64,000 nucleotides of DNA from an uncultured Chlamydiales bacterium (GTDB lineage Bacteria > Chlamydiota > Chlamydiia > Chlamydiales > Rhabdochlamydiaceae): assembly GCA_963700985.1 (NCBI GenBank), contig OY969554.1:1088001-1152000 (forward strand), in the 5' to 3' direction. Under the pieces are notes generated by a model, which worked only from the letters and a program-made list of their open reading frames with translations, was not told the DNA's origin and searched no databases. The position numbers and the translations under genes were made by a program. Positions 1 through 8,544 of this stretch are shown here, piece by piece; position 1 is the first letter of the stretch, and each line of letters begins with the position of its first letter.

Positions 1-536
1 CTGAGGCGCAATATCTTCTAGGCTGGATGTGTCAAAACGGTGAGGGCGGAGAAAAAGATCCACTTGAGGCCGTAACATGGTGGGAAAAAGCTGCAGCACA
101 AGGACACTCTGGGGCAAAATTTTCTCTGGGTAAACCAGCTGTTTTCCGTCCTACACCCCGTAAGATCGGTTCGGACGATTCTGATTCTGAGGCTGAAAGT
201 TCAACTCCCTCACCTGCTAAAAAAAGCGAAGAAAAAAAGAGTGCGGCTCCATCTGCAAGCGTTAACAGCTCTCATGAAGAGCTCATGAAACGGGCAAAGG
301 CGGGCGATGTGCAAGCATACTTTGAAATTGGAAAGCTGCTTGAGGGGGAAGGAACAAAGGTGCCGGAATATTATAAAGCAGCCTTTAATATGTATGCAAA
401 AGCTGCTGACACTGGGCATATTGCATCGCAACATGCTTTAGCTAAAATGCTCCAGGTGGGTCGAGAAGGCGTGCCAAAAGACACTGAGCGCGCAAATCAA
501 ATCTTCGAAAAGCTGCGCACTAAAGGATTTTTTTAG
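1..536 (+). CDS. SEL1-like repeat protein (5' partial)
   Basis: Frame is open from the window edge (EAQYLLGWMCQNGEG). SEL1 motifs AVTWWEKAAAQGHSGAKFSLG and YAKAADTGHIASQHALAKM. Confidence 0.85.
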   Translation, partial: EAQYLLGWMCQNGEGGEKDPLEAVTWWEKAAAQGHSGAKFSLGKPAVFRPTPRKIGSDDSDSEAESSTPSPAKKSEEKKSAAPSASVNSSHEELMKRAKAGDVQAYFEIGKLLEGEGTKVPEYYKAAFNMYAKAADTGHIASQHALAKMLQVGREGVPKDTERANQIFEKLRTKGFF

Positions 537-610
537 ACCTCTTGAGTAATTCCATTTGCCCGTTAAAACCGAAGATTTTTTCAGGCAAAGCGAATTACAC
601 AAACGGTCTA

Positions 611-2389
611 TTAGCTCAACGTAGCAAGTTGGCTTTCGATGATCTCCTGCACGCGTATCCACTTAATTCGCTGCTGATCGATCAACTCTTTTTCAGAGTT
701 GCCCATGTAGCGTCCGAGCAATCGATCAAGTGCAGGAACTGCCACAGCCAAGAGCGCTTCATACGCGCTCTCGCGCTGCAGATCAAACTCAAGCACAGAA
801 ATCTTGGTAGACGGGAAAGGGCCAGCAGCGACTTTTATTTCTTCTAAAATCTCTTCGCAGAGAGACTGACATCTACGCAAACTTAAACGCAGCTGTTCAT
901 AGAGCGCAAAAATGCGTGGTGCGGTAAGGCTATTCATCTTTAGATCTTGAATATCCGCGTGCAACCTGCCGCGCAGATCTATCGATTGAATGAGATGCTT
1001 ATCTGCTAGTTCGTTCAAGGGAAGATAGTCGATGTCAGGAAAACCGAGTCCCCCATCCGTAGCATTGATAAATTTACATTCGGGGTGGGCCTTGGCATAG
1101 GCTGCGATGCATTCTGATTCCATCACCCATTTCACCAGCGTGTAAACAGTGTTGCCGGCGCGATCTTTGCGACGCAATAGACGATCTGTGGAGCGTTTAT
1201 CTTTCTTAAGCGCGCTTTTATCAATTGCATTTTGCGTTACGACACCTTCAGCATACCGCTGTTTGCCAGTAAACGCTAAATCGACACCCACGAGCACAAT
1301 CGGACTGCAGCCAAGCGAACAAGCATAAGCGATTGCTAAAGTGGTCACAGAAAAAGCTTCGCGGCCGAGATCGGGTCCGATGGCCGTGCCTTCGATTGAA
1401 AGGCGCTCTTCCATCCATGTTTCAAATAAGCCGCCGGTGTCCGATTTAAGGTAGCCAATCGGCCCGTTACACGTTAAGAAAACATCAGGACGAAGCCTGC
1501 TGGCAAATAAAAGCGGGACTTCAAAAGCAGAACTAGCCCGTAGTCGATCGAACTCTTCAGGGTTTGGATCGAGTGCCATGGCTAAATGCGGCTCTACACC
1601 TTGGTTGCTCAAAGCTGCAATGGCAGATCCACCGGCGATGATGAGCGCCTTGTTTTCAAGTGTTTTGAGCGTGCTGATGGCCGATTTAAGTGAAGGTCCG
1701 GCTCCGCAAATAATCGCAGGCACGCCCGCGTATTTGCCTTCGAGTTTATTAGCAAAAAAAGCATCAGGTAGACGCTTCATATTGGGCGCCAAGTTAGTGA
1801 GGAGCTTATGCGCAAATAGCGCTTCTGAAAACAGGGCATGATAGGAGGAGCTATTACGGAGGAGTTGCAGCCGAATGCGTGCTAATTTGGCTTTATTTTT
1901 TTTGGTGTAGGCAGGCAGCGCAGTTACCGCGATATGTGCGCATGGAAAGATCTGCGCTAGCTCTTCTGCGTCCACTTCCCAATTGCGTACAAAACGTAGC
2001 ACCACTTGAGAGTCTTCTAAAATTTCAGCGGCGAGTTCAGTCTGAAAAAAAGTAGCCAGCGCGCCTAGGTCATCTTCTAAAAAGACGACTCTTCGCTGAG
2101 TCGCTTTTTTCAGCCAGTTCTTCAATGCAAAATATCCATAGCCGAGCCCAATTCCATAAACATAGAGGATTTCAATCTCTTCGAGATCGAGTGCGGAAAA
2201 CCAGCTGCTCGTCTCATCTGCAATGCTCTCAACGGCATGCAGATACTCTTCTTTTTTGCCTTTTATGCGGCGCGCATTTTGCTGCCCATCGGCATTGCTA
2301 ATTAGCTCATATGAGAGATAGTTGTCGTAAGAGAGAAAAAAGTAGAGGTCTGGGTAGCTTTCTAAAAGTTTTTCGGCTTGCATTAACAC
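611..2389 (-). CDS. Maf/DUF115 (motility-associated factor glycosyltransferase / MptE-like) protein
   Basis: YVYGIGLGYG, AIICGAGPSL, IIAGGSA, PHLAMALDP, PIVLVGVDLAF and FINATDGG motifs typical of MAF_flag10. Confidence 0.85.
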   Translation of the reverse strand: MLMQAEKLLESYPDLYFFLSYDNYLSYELISNADGQQNARRIKGKKEEYLHAVESIADETSSWFSALDLEEIEILYVYGIGLGYGYFALKNWLKKATQRRVVFLEDDLGALATFFQTELAAEILEDSQVVLRFVRNWEVDAEELAQIFPCAHIAVTALPAYTKKNKAKLARIRLQLLRNSSSYHALFSEALFAHKLLTNLAPNMKRLPDAFFANKLEGKYAGVPAIICGAGPSLKSAISTLKTLENKALIIAGGSAIAALSNQGVEPHLAMALDPNPEEFDRLRASSAFEVPLLFASRLRPDVFLTCNGPIGYLKSDTGGLFETWMEERLSIEGTAIGPDLGREAFSVTTLAIAYACSLGCSPIVLVGVDLAFTGKQRYAEGVVTQNAIDKSALKKDKRSTDRLLRRKDRAGNTVYTLVKWVMESECIAAYAKAHPECKFINATDGGLGFPDIDYLPLNELADKHLIQSIDLRGRLHADIQDLKMNSLTAPRIFALYEQLRLSLRRCQSLCEEILEEIKVAAGPFPSTKISVLEFDLQRESAYEALLAVAVPALDRLLGRYMGNSEKELIDQQRIKWIRVQEIIESQLATLS

Positions 2390-2907
2390 GTCATGCTCTC
2401 CTCAGTCTCCCCTTCGAGGACCCCTTGTGTATTCCAGATGCGATCTACGCCTTCTTTTTTGCCGAGGCAATAGAGCATGTGCCGTTTGAGTTTTCCATCT
2501 GGATGATAGAGCAGTACTTCTCCATCTAGCACGCCTTTTTCATAGAACATAAGGCTTTTCAGCTTTCCATCTTCGTAATAATACTCTTGCTTACCCTGGC
2601 GTAAGCCATCTTTAAAGCGCTGCACACTGCTAATGGTTCCATTTGGATAGTATTGCCAGGTTTTACCCTGCTGTTTGCCTAAATAGAACCAGCTACGCGA
2701 CAGCACACTTCCCTCTTGGCTGTAAAAAATCGAAGGCCCATGCAGCCCGTCATTTTTATAATAGCAGCTACTTTGCACTTCTCCATTGAGGTAGAGAGTA
2801 TTTGTACGCTCTTGCTCTGGGCTGAAGGCACACTCTAATTTTAGGTCGAGCTCTTCATCTTGAATGATGAAGCGGCCATTTGCGATCTCATAGATTTCTT
2901 TGTGCAT
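2383..2907 (-). CDS. MORN-variant repeat (YwqK-like) protein
   Basis: Repeated G-K-x-x-G-x-x-x-x-Y-Y-x-N/D-G units. Overlaps both neighbours. Confidence 0.8.
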   Translation of the reverse strand: MHKEIYEIANGRFIIQDEELDLKLECAFSPEQERTNTLYLNGEVQSSCYYKNDGLHGPSIFYSQEGSVLSRSWFYLGKQQGKTWQYYPNGTISSVQRFKDGLRQGKQEYYYEDGKLKSLMFYEKGVLDGEVLLYHPDGKLKRHMLYCLGKKEGVDRIWNTQGVLEGETEESMTC

Positions 2908-4372
2908 GAATGATTCTCTTTAAAAAAAGAAGACGATGTAAATAAGGCGATGCAGCTTGTGCATCGCGCAGAAAAAGTGGCCTCCAGATTTGCCACAAGG
3001 GATCCAAAAAAGTGCGGTAGGCAATCTCTTCTTCAAGTTCTACTTCTAAAAGAGCGCCCTCTCCTTTTTCACCTGGCAAAATGGGGTAGCTTTTCTCAAA
3101 TAGCGTCAGAAGCTGCTCACAGAATTTTTCACAGCGCTTGAGACTTTCTTTTATTGCAGCGCTCGTATCAGATGCCTGGGAGTTCGATGCGCAGCAAAGT
3201 GGTAACTCTTTTATTTTAGTGTGCACCATGCCTTTGATATCGAGCATCTGCTGGCCATATTGCTGACGCGTTTGCTCCAAAGACATTCTGGGGATACCGT
3301 TTATGCTTAAGCCGCCTCTGGTGGCATTGATGAACTGTGCATCTGGATGCTGCAGAACAAACTCTTCCATCCAGCTTTTGGCCATCAGCCAGTCTTGCTT
3401 GGTATGCACTTTTTTGCCTTCTACATCCAGCGCTTCGATAAACTCCGCCCCGATCTTCTCATCCACCCCTGCAGCATACACACGCTTCGATGCTGAAGAG
3501 AGCTCCACACCCACTAAAATAATCGGCCGGCACCCCAATGCATAAGCCAGCGCCAAACAAAAGGTCGATACATTCCAGCCTCCATCAAAGGGTGGTTCAT
3601 CGAGGTTCATTTGGCTATTCATCCACTGCTCCACTGGGTAGCCGCCGCTATCGGCTATCCACAGCCTTTCTCCCTGAACCTGTGCCAGCAATTCTTGAGC
3701 CACCCGATTCTGATAGAAAAAGGGCACTTCAAAAGCGCTCTGTTCTAAAAAGCGGCTCAGCGGTGGCGCGGGATCAATCGAGGCCATCATGTCAGGCATA
3801 AGCGCAAAATTAGAAAGCACGTTAAGCGCCGAGCCACCAGCTAAAATCAGCGCGCGGTTTTCCCAAGCTCTCACCTGTTCGATATCTTCTTCCAGTGAGG
3901 GACTAGCACCGCAGATAAGCGCAGGAATGCCCTCAAAGCTCTGGAATAGTCCACGGGCGCATTTTGCACGCTCAAGAGAAGGAAAGTTAGTTAAGTAATT
4001 GGAAAGAATTCTGGCTCCCATGTCACGAAAATCGGAGGCCACAAGGTGAATCCCCAAACGACAACGCTCGATTCGAGCAAAAGCCTCTTCGATATGGGCT
4101 TCTTCATCCGTAAAGCAGCGATAAGAAAAGCGCAAAAAGAGCAGCTCCCAGAGTTGGGCTTTCAGCATCTCATCATCAGCATTTAATGAAAGAAATCGAA
4201 CTTTTGGATGTTCAAATAGCTCTGCAGAAAAATCTCCATCTTGCCTCAAAAAAAGAAGATATCGCTGTTCTTTCTGTTCGAGCCAAGCAGAGAATCTATG
4301 CACAAGTGCCTGTGCGTCCTCTCCATATAGGCAGAGCACATCAGTTTGTTCAAATTCAAGAAGGTCTGACAT
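2888..4372 (-). CDS. Second Maf/DUF115 family protein
   Basis: ALICGASPSL, ILAGGSA, MASIDP, PIILVGVEL and FINATRGG motifs. Paralogue of 611..2389. Confidence 0.8.
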   Translation of the reverse strand: MSDLLEFEQTDVLCLYGEDAQALVHRFSAWLEQKEQRYLLFLRQDGDFSAELFEHPKVRFLSLNADDEMLKAQLWELLFLRFSYRCFTDEEAHIEEAFARIERCRLGIHLVASDFRDMGARILSNYLTNFPSLERAKCARGLFQSFEGIPALICGASPSLEEDIEQVRAWENRALILAGGSALNVLSNFALMPDMMASIDPAPPLSRFLEQSAFEVPFFYQNRVAQELLAQVQGERLWIADSGGYPVEQWMNSQMNLDEPPFDGGWNVSTFCLALAYALGCRPIILVGVELSSASKRVYAAGVDEKIGAEFIEALDVEGKKVHTKQDWLMAKSWMEEFVLQHPDAQFINATRGGLSINGIPRMSLEQTRQQYGQQMLDIKGMVHTKIKELPLCCASNSQASDTSAAIKESLKRCEKFCEQLLTLFEKSYPILPGEKGEGALLEVELEEEIAYRTFLDPLWQIWRPLFLRDAQAASPYLHRLLFLKRIIHAQRNL

Positions 4373-4847
4373 TTTTTAAGAAATCGAGAAGTTGTGCATA
4401 GGATGGAAGAAATGGAAGAAAGGTGAACCCCTCTCCTTTCTGAACACGATAACCGAATAAGACCTCATCTTTAGCTGCCATGGCAATAAAATAGGCCCCC
4501 ACAAAACTGTTATATCCTAATAGCTGTTCTTTCGCGTCCATGCCCAGGTTATCACTTTTGCATTCGATAAGCAATAGAGGATAAAGAGAATATTGCGGGT
4601 GGATCTCCTTACCAAAGCAGAGGATATCTAACCGCCGTTCAGGCAGTTTTTGACCTGTTAAATGAGAAAGCTGACTAATTTCGCGTTCAATAGCCAATAA
4701 TTCTTTAGGATAGCCGAGCTGCTTGACCATCTGCTGCAGAAGGGCTTGACGAACAAGCTCTTCAGGGGTGGCTGCCACCCAGATGCCCCGCAGCTCATCG
4801 AAAATCTGGCGTTTTTTACTCTGGCAGGATAAGCCCATAATGGCCAT
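4356..4847 (-). CDS. Stand-alone type I restriction enzyme HsdR N-terminal (PD-(D/E)xK) domain protein
   Basis: TPEELVRQ...LGYP...IERE...RLDIL...IECK...EQLLGY pattern. Confidence 0.75.
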   Translation of the reverse strand: MAIMGLSCQSKKRQIFDELRGIWVAATPEELVRQALLQQMVKQLGYPKELLAIEREISQLSHLTGQKLPERRLDILCFGKEIHPQYSLYPLLLIECKSDNLGMDAKEQLLGYNSFVGAYFIAMAAKDEVLFGYRVQKGEGFTFLPFLPSYAQLLDFLKNVRPS

Positions 4848-5448
4848 CGTTGCGTCGGTAGATCACTTTGAGTTTCTGATCTTCTTCACTGCGGAAAACC
4901 AGAAAATGATCGCCTGAAAGATCCATCTTCATGACAGCTTCTTCAGAAGTTAAAACCTTTAATGGCAACTTTTCTGAGCCGATGACGTGAGGAGTTTGAT
5001 AAACATCATCTTGGGCTTTTTTGGTTACCTGCTCGATATCAGAGTTAATCTCTTCAAGAACGTTGTAAGGATGTCTGAGAACGTTAACGGTGATATCAGT
5101 AGCCGTGAGCTTCTTCGCATGGTGATCGCGGATGCGATCTTTCCAGCGGCGAATCTTCTGCTGCAAGCGATAAACCGCCTCATCGATAGAGGGATACATA
5201 TCCGTGCTGTCGGCAGAAACTTTAATTTTAAAGGTGTCGAACTTGGCGACAATCACCACCACATGCTCGATACGCTGGATATCCATAATCACATGGACTT
5301 CCAATTTATGGCCGTGGAAACGCTCAAGCTTAGAAAGCTTATCGCGTAAATAATTCTTCATGGCTTCCGTCACGAGGACGCTTTTGCCAAAAATCGTTAG
5401 CTTATACCCTTCAGCATCTTCTGCTTCGAACTTGCTTACATCCACCAT
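4816..5448 (-). CDS. hpf: Ribosome hibernation promoting factor (long HPF, S30AE)
   Basis: VTEAMKNYLRDKLSKL, DMYPSIDEAVYRLQQKIRRWK, and C-terminal EEAVMKMDLSGDHFLVF...VIYRRNDGHYGLI. Confidence 0.9.
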   Translation of the reverse strand: MVDVSKFEAEDAEGYKLTIFGKSVLVTEAMKNYLRDKLSKLERFHGHKLEVHVIMDIQRIEHVVVIVAKFDTFKIKVSADSTDMYPSIDEAVYRLQQKIRRWKDRIRDHHAKKLTATDITVNVLRHPYNVLEEINSDIEQVTKKAQDDVYQTPHVIGSEKLPLKVLTSEEAVMKMDLSGDHFLVFRSEEDQKLKVIYRRNDGHYGLILPE

Positions 5449-5489
5449 AAAATGTCACACGCCTTTTTGATTAAAGATTATTTGCCAGA

Positions 5490-6557
5490 TTATCCATTAA
5501 CCTGAAGATTTGCAACCGATTTTAACTGCCGCTTTCCAAGCTGCCCGCAAGCCGCCATAATGGCTCGTCCTTTTGGATGACGCACCAACGTCTGGTAACC
5601 GCGTTCACGCATCCTCTTGGCAAATGCCTCCATCACCTCTTCTTCCGGCGGCGCGAAAACACCTCGACTTTGCGAATTATATGCGATGAGGTTCACCCGC
5701 ACACGCAATCCTTCTAAATATTGAGCAAGCTCGTCTGCATGCGTAAGAGAGTCGTTAATACCGCGGATCAGCACATACTCTGCAAAAATTTGCCGGCGTG
5801 GGTTGGCGCAATAGCGCAGCAAGACCTCTTTTAGCGCCGCCATATCCCATTTTTTATTCACCGGCATGAGCCTAGCGCGCACGGCATCATTGGGCGCGTT
5901 AACAGACACAGCCAGATTGATCGCCGGATCCATCTCCTCCATAAAACGCACAAGCCCATCCAAATGCCCGCTCGTCGAAACCGTGATGCGCGAGGGGCCG
6001 AAGCCCATGCCCGTAGGCTCAGTCAGAACTTTTAGCGCTTGTGCCAGCTCATCAAAATTATCCAGCGGTTCCCCCATTCCCATAAACACGATATTGCGCA
6101 CCGGCCGTTTCATCTTCTGTTTGGCATAGAAAACTTGAGCGACAATTTCTTGTGCTGACAAAGAACGTAATAGCCCCATCTTAGCCGTTTCACAAAAGGC
6201 GCAGCCCATGCGGCAGCCGATTTGCGAGGAGATGCAAAGCGTGATGCCCGATTGCATAGGGATTAACACCGATTCACTCTCTCTGGCATCGTGATAACGG
6301 AGCAGAAACTTCATCGTTTCGCCTTCTTCGCGCACAAGCGACAACTCTGGCAAAGAAAAATCTGTAAGTTCAATGATCGCACGCACAAGATCTTGCGCCT
6401 GTGTTTCAACCCAAGGGTCTTGCTCAGACACTTCGCCCCTGCGGAACCATTCACTATAAAGTTGGCTAGCATGACGCTCGCCTTTTCCTAATGTAGAGAC
6501 GACAAAAGCTGCAAAACTTCTTTGTGTGTGGCAAAAAATCGAGACTTTAGAAACCAT
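5490..6557 (-). CDS. rlmN: 23S rRNA m2A2503 / tRNA m2A37 radical-SAM methyltransferase
   Basis: CISSQIGCRMGCAFC, FMGMGEP and AACGQL. Start moved to the ATG at 6557 because the longer ORF runs into the tRNA. Confidence 0.92.
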   Translation of the reverse strand: MVSKVSIFCHTQRSFAAFVVSTLGKGERHASQLYSEWFRRGEVSEQDPWVETQAQDLVRAIIELTDFSLPELSLVREEGETMKFLLRYHDARESESVLIPMQSGITLCISSQIGCRMGCAFCETAKMGLLRSLSAQEIVAQVFYAKQKMKRPVRNIVFMGMGEPLDNFDELAQALKVLTEPTGMGFGPSRITVSTSGHLDGLVRFMEEMDPAINLAVSVNAPNDAVRARLMPVNKKWDMAALKEVLLRYCANPRRQIFAEYVLIRGINDSLTHADELAQYLEGLRVRVNLIAYNSQSRGVFAPPEEEVMEAFAKRMRERGYQTLVRHPKGRAIMAACGQLGKRQLKSVANLQVNG

Positions 6558-6580
6558 GAGAGTGAAGAGGGTGAAAAAAG

Positions 6581-6654
6581 TGCACCGAACAGGACTTGAA
6601 CCTGTAACCACCCGGTTCGAAGCCGGGTACTCTATCCGATTGAGCTATCGGTGC
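6581..6654 (-). tRNA. tRNA-Arg (anticodon UCG)
   Basis: Reverse complement GCACCGATAGCTCAATCGGATAGAGTACCCGGCT-TCG-AACCGGGTGGTTACAGGTTCAAGTCCTGTTCGGTGCA folds as a cloverleaf. No encoded CCA. Confidence 0.95.
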
Positions 6655-6708
6655 ATTGAAGTTGAAAATCTAGAGACTTTTAACAAAATCACTCTTTTAA
6701 AGGAAGAA

Positions 6709-7320
6709 ATGGAAGAGACCGAGGGCATAGTCCTTAAAAGCATCGATTTCAAGGATCATGAACGCATTATTACTATTTTCACCCGCGATCTGGGCATCGC
6801 CAGCTTGATCGTGAAAGGCGTGCGCGGCGGCAACTTGCAAAAACTCGCCATCACCACCCCCTTCTGCCAGGTAGAATTTCTTTACAGCCGCGGCAAATCC
6901 GAGCTTTTGCGCTACCACGATAGCACCGTGCTGCATGAACACCATGAGTTGCGCACCCAATACGCTCATTTAGAGGCCGCTGGCCTCATGGCCAAAGCCA
7001 TCCTCCAGTTCCAGCTCCCCGGCACCCCGGCGCCCACTCTATATGCACTTTTTGAACGCTACCTCAAAAAAATCCCCGAATTCCCCAATCCACTGCCCCT
7101 TACTACAAGCTTCCTGCTTAAAATGTTACACCTAGAGGGGCTCATCTCAGAAGACAGTCACGACGGCAGAATAACCTCTACCTTCACATCAGCTGAAAAA
7201 GAAATTCTTAAAGAACTGATCCAAAGCCGCAGCTTCCAAAAACTCAGCCAGCTGCCCGTTACGCCCGAATTCGCCAAGAAGATAAGCGACTTCTTCGCGA
7301 GCCGTATTCAAGGAGATTGA
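6709..7320 (+). CDS. recO: DNA repair protein RecO
   Basis: TEGIVLKSIDFKDHERIITIFTRDLG...VKG N-terminal OB-fold signature. ATG at 6709. Confidence 0.88.
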   Translation: MEETEGIVLKSIDFKDHERIITIFTRDLGIASLIVKGVRGGNLQKLAITTPFCQVEFLYSRGKSELLRYHDSTVLHEHHELRTQYAHLEAAGLMAKAILQFQLPGTPAPTLYALFERYLKKIPEFPNPLPLTTSFLLKMLHLEGLISEDSHDGRITSTFTSAEKEILKELIQSRSFQKLSQLPVTPEFAKKISDFFASRIQGD

Positions 7321-7353
7321 TTAGACCTTTTATGCACCTAGAAAAATAGCCTA

Positions 7354-8232
7354 TTAATCAATGGAATGAGCAGAAAGAAACTTCTCGATTTTCGCAACCA
7401 GAGCAATTGGAGTCTCTATCATTGGATAATGCCCCGACTCTTTGCACCACTCTAACTTAGCATTCGGGTACCACTTCAAAAATGTATCGCGCATGAACGC
7501 TTCGCTTCCTTCAAAGTCATGTTCACCAATTAAGACTAATATAGGGGTGGTTAGGCCTTTTACGGATTCAGAGAAATCGGTATGAAAAAACATGTTCATG
7601 TATCCAAGGCGGGCTTCGCTCGTAGACCACTTACGGTTATCTGAAACCATTTTCTTAGCGAATGCCTTCGTATAACGATTGCTAGTCAATGTATTGACGC
7701 ATTCCATGGCAGCTTCATCGTTGTCTAAGGCTGCACTTGCAAAAAAGTCCATCATCTCTTTAGGACCTGGCGATCCAGAAGCAGGTACCGGCGTTATTGC
7801 TACGACGCTTTTAACTCTTGAGGGATTGTCTACAGCAATTTTTTGAACGATCATACCGGACATTGAGTGCCCAACCAGATGAAATTTACTCCAGGCTAAA
7901 GAATCGATCAACTTCATCGCGTCAGCACTCGCTTCTTTGACTGAATATGTCCCTCTTATATCTTTGGAACGACCATAGCCGCGCAAATCTACAAAAACAT
8001 AGGTAAAATCATCTGTGTTAAGATAAGGAAGCATAGAATCGTAACTCGTCGAATCGCCCATCCAATTATGCATGACAAGTACTTTTTCTTTTCCTGATCC
8101 AATTTGTTTATGAGCGATAAATTCCATATTTTGGTTCTCCGATGAATTGAGGGATTGCGCCGGCACAGAGAATACGAAAGTAGCAAGAAAAGCGATAAAT
8201 CCAGTCATTTTAAAAAAAATGGATTGAAACAT
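7354..8232 (-). CDS. Alpha/beta hydrolase (esterase-like) with probable signal peptide
   Basis: HNW oxyanion region, DLRGYGRS, GHSMSG nucleophile, GEHD, GHYP. Confidence 0.88.
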   Translation of the reverse strand: MFQSIFFKMTGFIAFLATFVFSVPAQSLNSSENQNMEFIAHKQIGSGKEKVLVMHNWMGDSTSYDSMLPYLNTDDFTYVFVDLRGYGRSKDIRGTYSVKEASADAMKLIDSLAWSKFHLVGHSMSGMIVQKIAVDNPSRVKSVVAITPVPASGSPGPKEMMDFFASAALDNDEAAMECVNTLTSNRYTKAFAKKMVSDNRKWSTSEARLGYMNMFFHTDFSESVKGLTTPILVLIGEHDFEGSEAFMRDTFLKWYPNAKLEWCKESGHYPMIETPIALVAKIEKFLSAHSID

Positions 8233-8334
8233 AAGAAACTCTAGGTTCGTGATTTAACTGAAAATCATGACAAAACTGATGTTTTACAACAAGCTTCCAA
8301 AAAGAACGTAGAATTGATAGAAACCGAAGAGAGA

Positions 8335-8418
8335 TGCGAAAGGGGGGACTCGAACCCCCAAGAGGAAAACCCCACTACCACCTCAAGGTAGCGCGTCTGC
8401 CAGTTCCGCCACTTCCGC
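8335..8418 (-). tRNA. tRNA-Leu (anticodon GAG)
   Basis: Reverse complement GCGGAAGTGGCGGAACTGGCAGACGCGCTACCTT-GAG-GTGGTAG...GGTTCGAGTCCCCCCTTTCGCA, with a long variable arm. Confidence 0.95.
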
Positions 8419-8544
8419 AAAGAAAAGCGAACCGATTCTACGTTTAGTAACATATTCGTTCAAGAGTTGTCTTCGTTCAGTCCGCACTTGCCTACAAATA
8501 AATTTTCTACTAACGTCTCTCTGTTCATTGCAACGGAGACCTTT

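Noticed and set aside
2383-2907. YwqK antitoxin of a toxin-antitoxin pair
   Set aside because: Only generic MORN-variant repeats, with no adjacent toxin.
4356-4847. Type I restriction-modification system
   Set aside because: Only the small N-terminal nuclease domain is present. There is no helicase, hsdM or hsdS.
7321-8335. tRNA-Leu-integrated island carrying the hydrolase
   Set aside because: No duplicated tRNA 3' end (att site) and no integrase found.
8265-8453. 62-aa ORF, and the N-terminal extensions of rlmN (to 6611) and recO (from 6526)
   Set aside because: These are shadow translations across tRNA genes.
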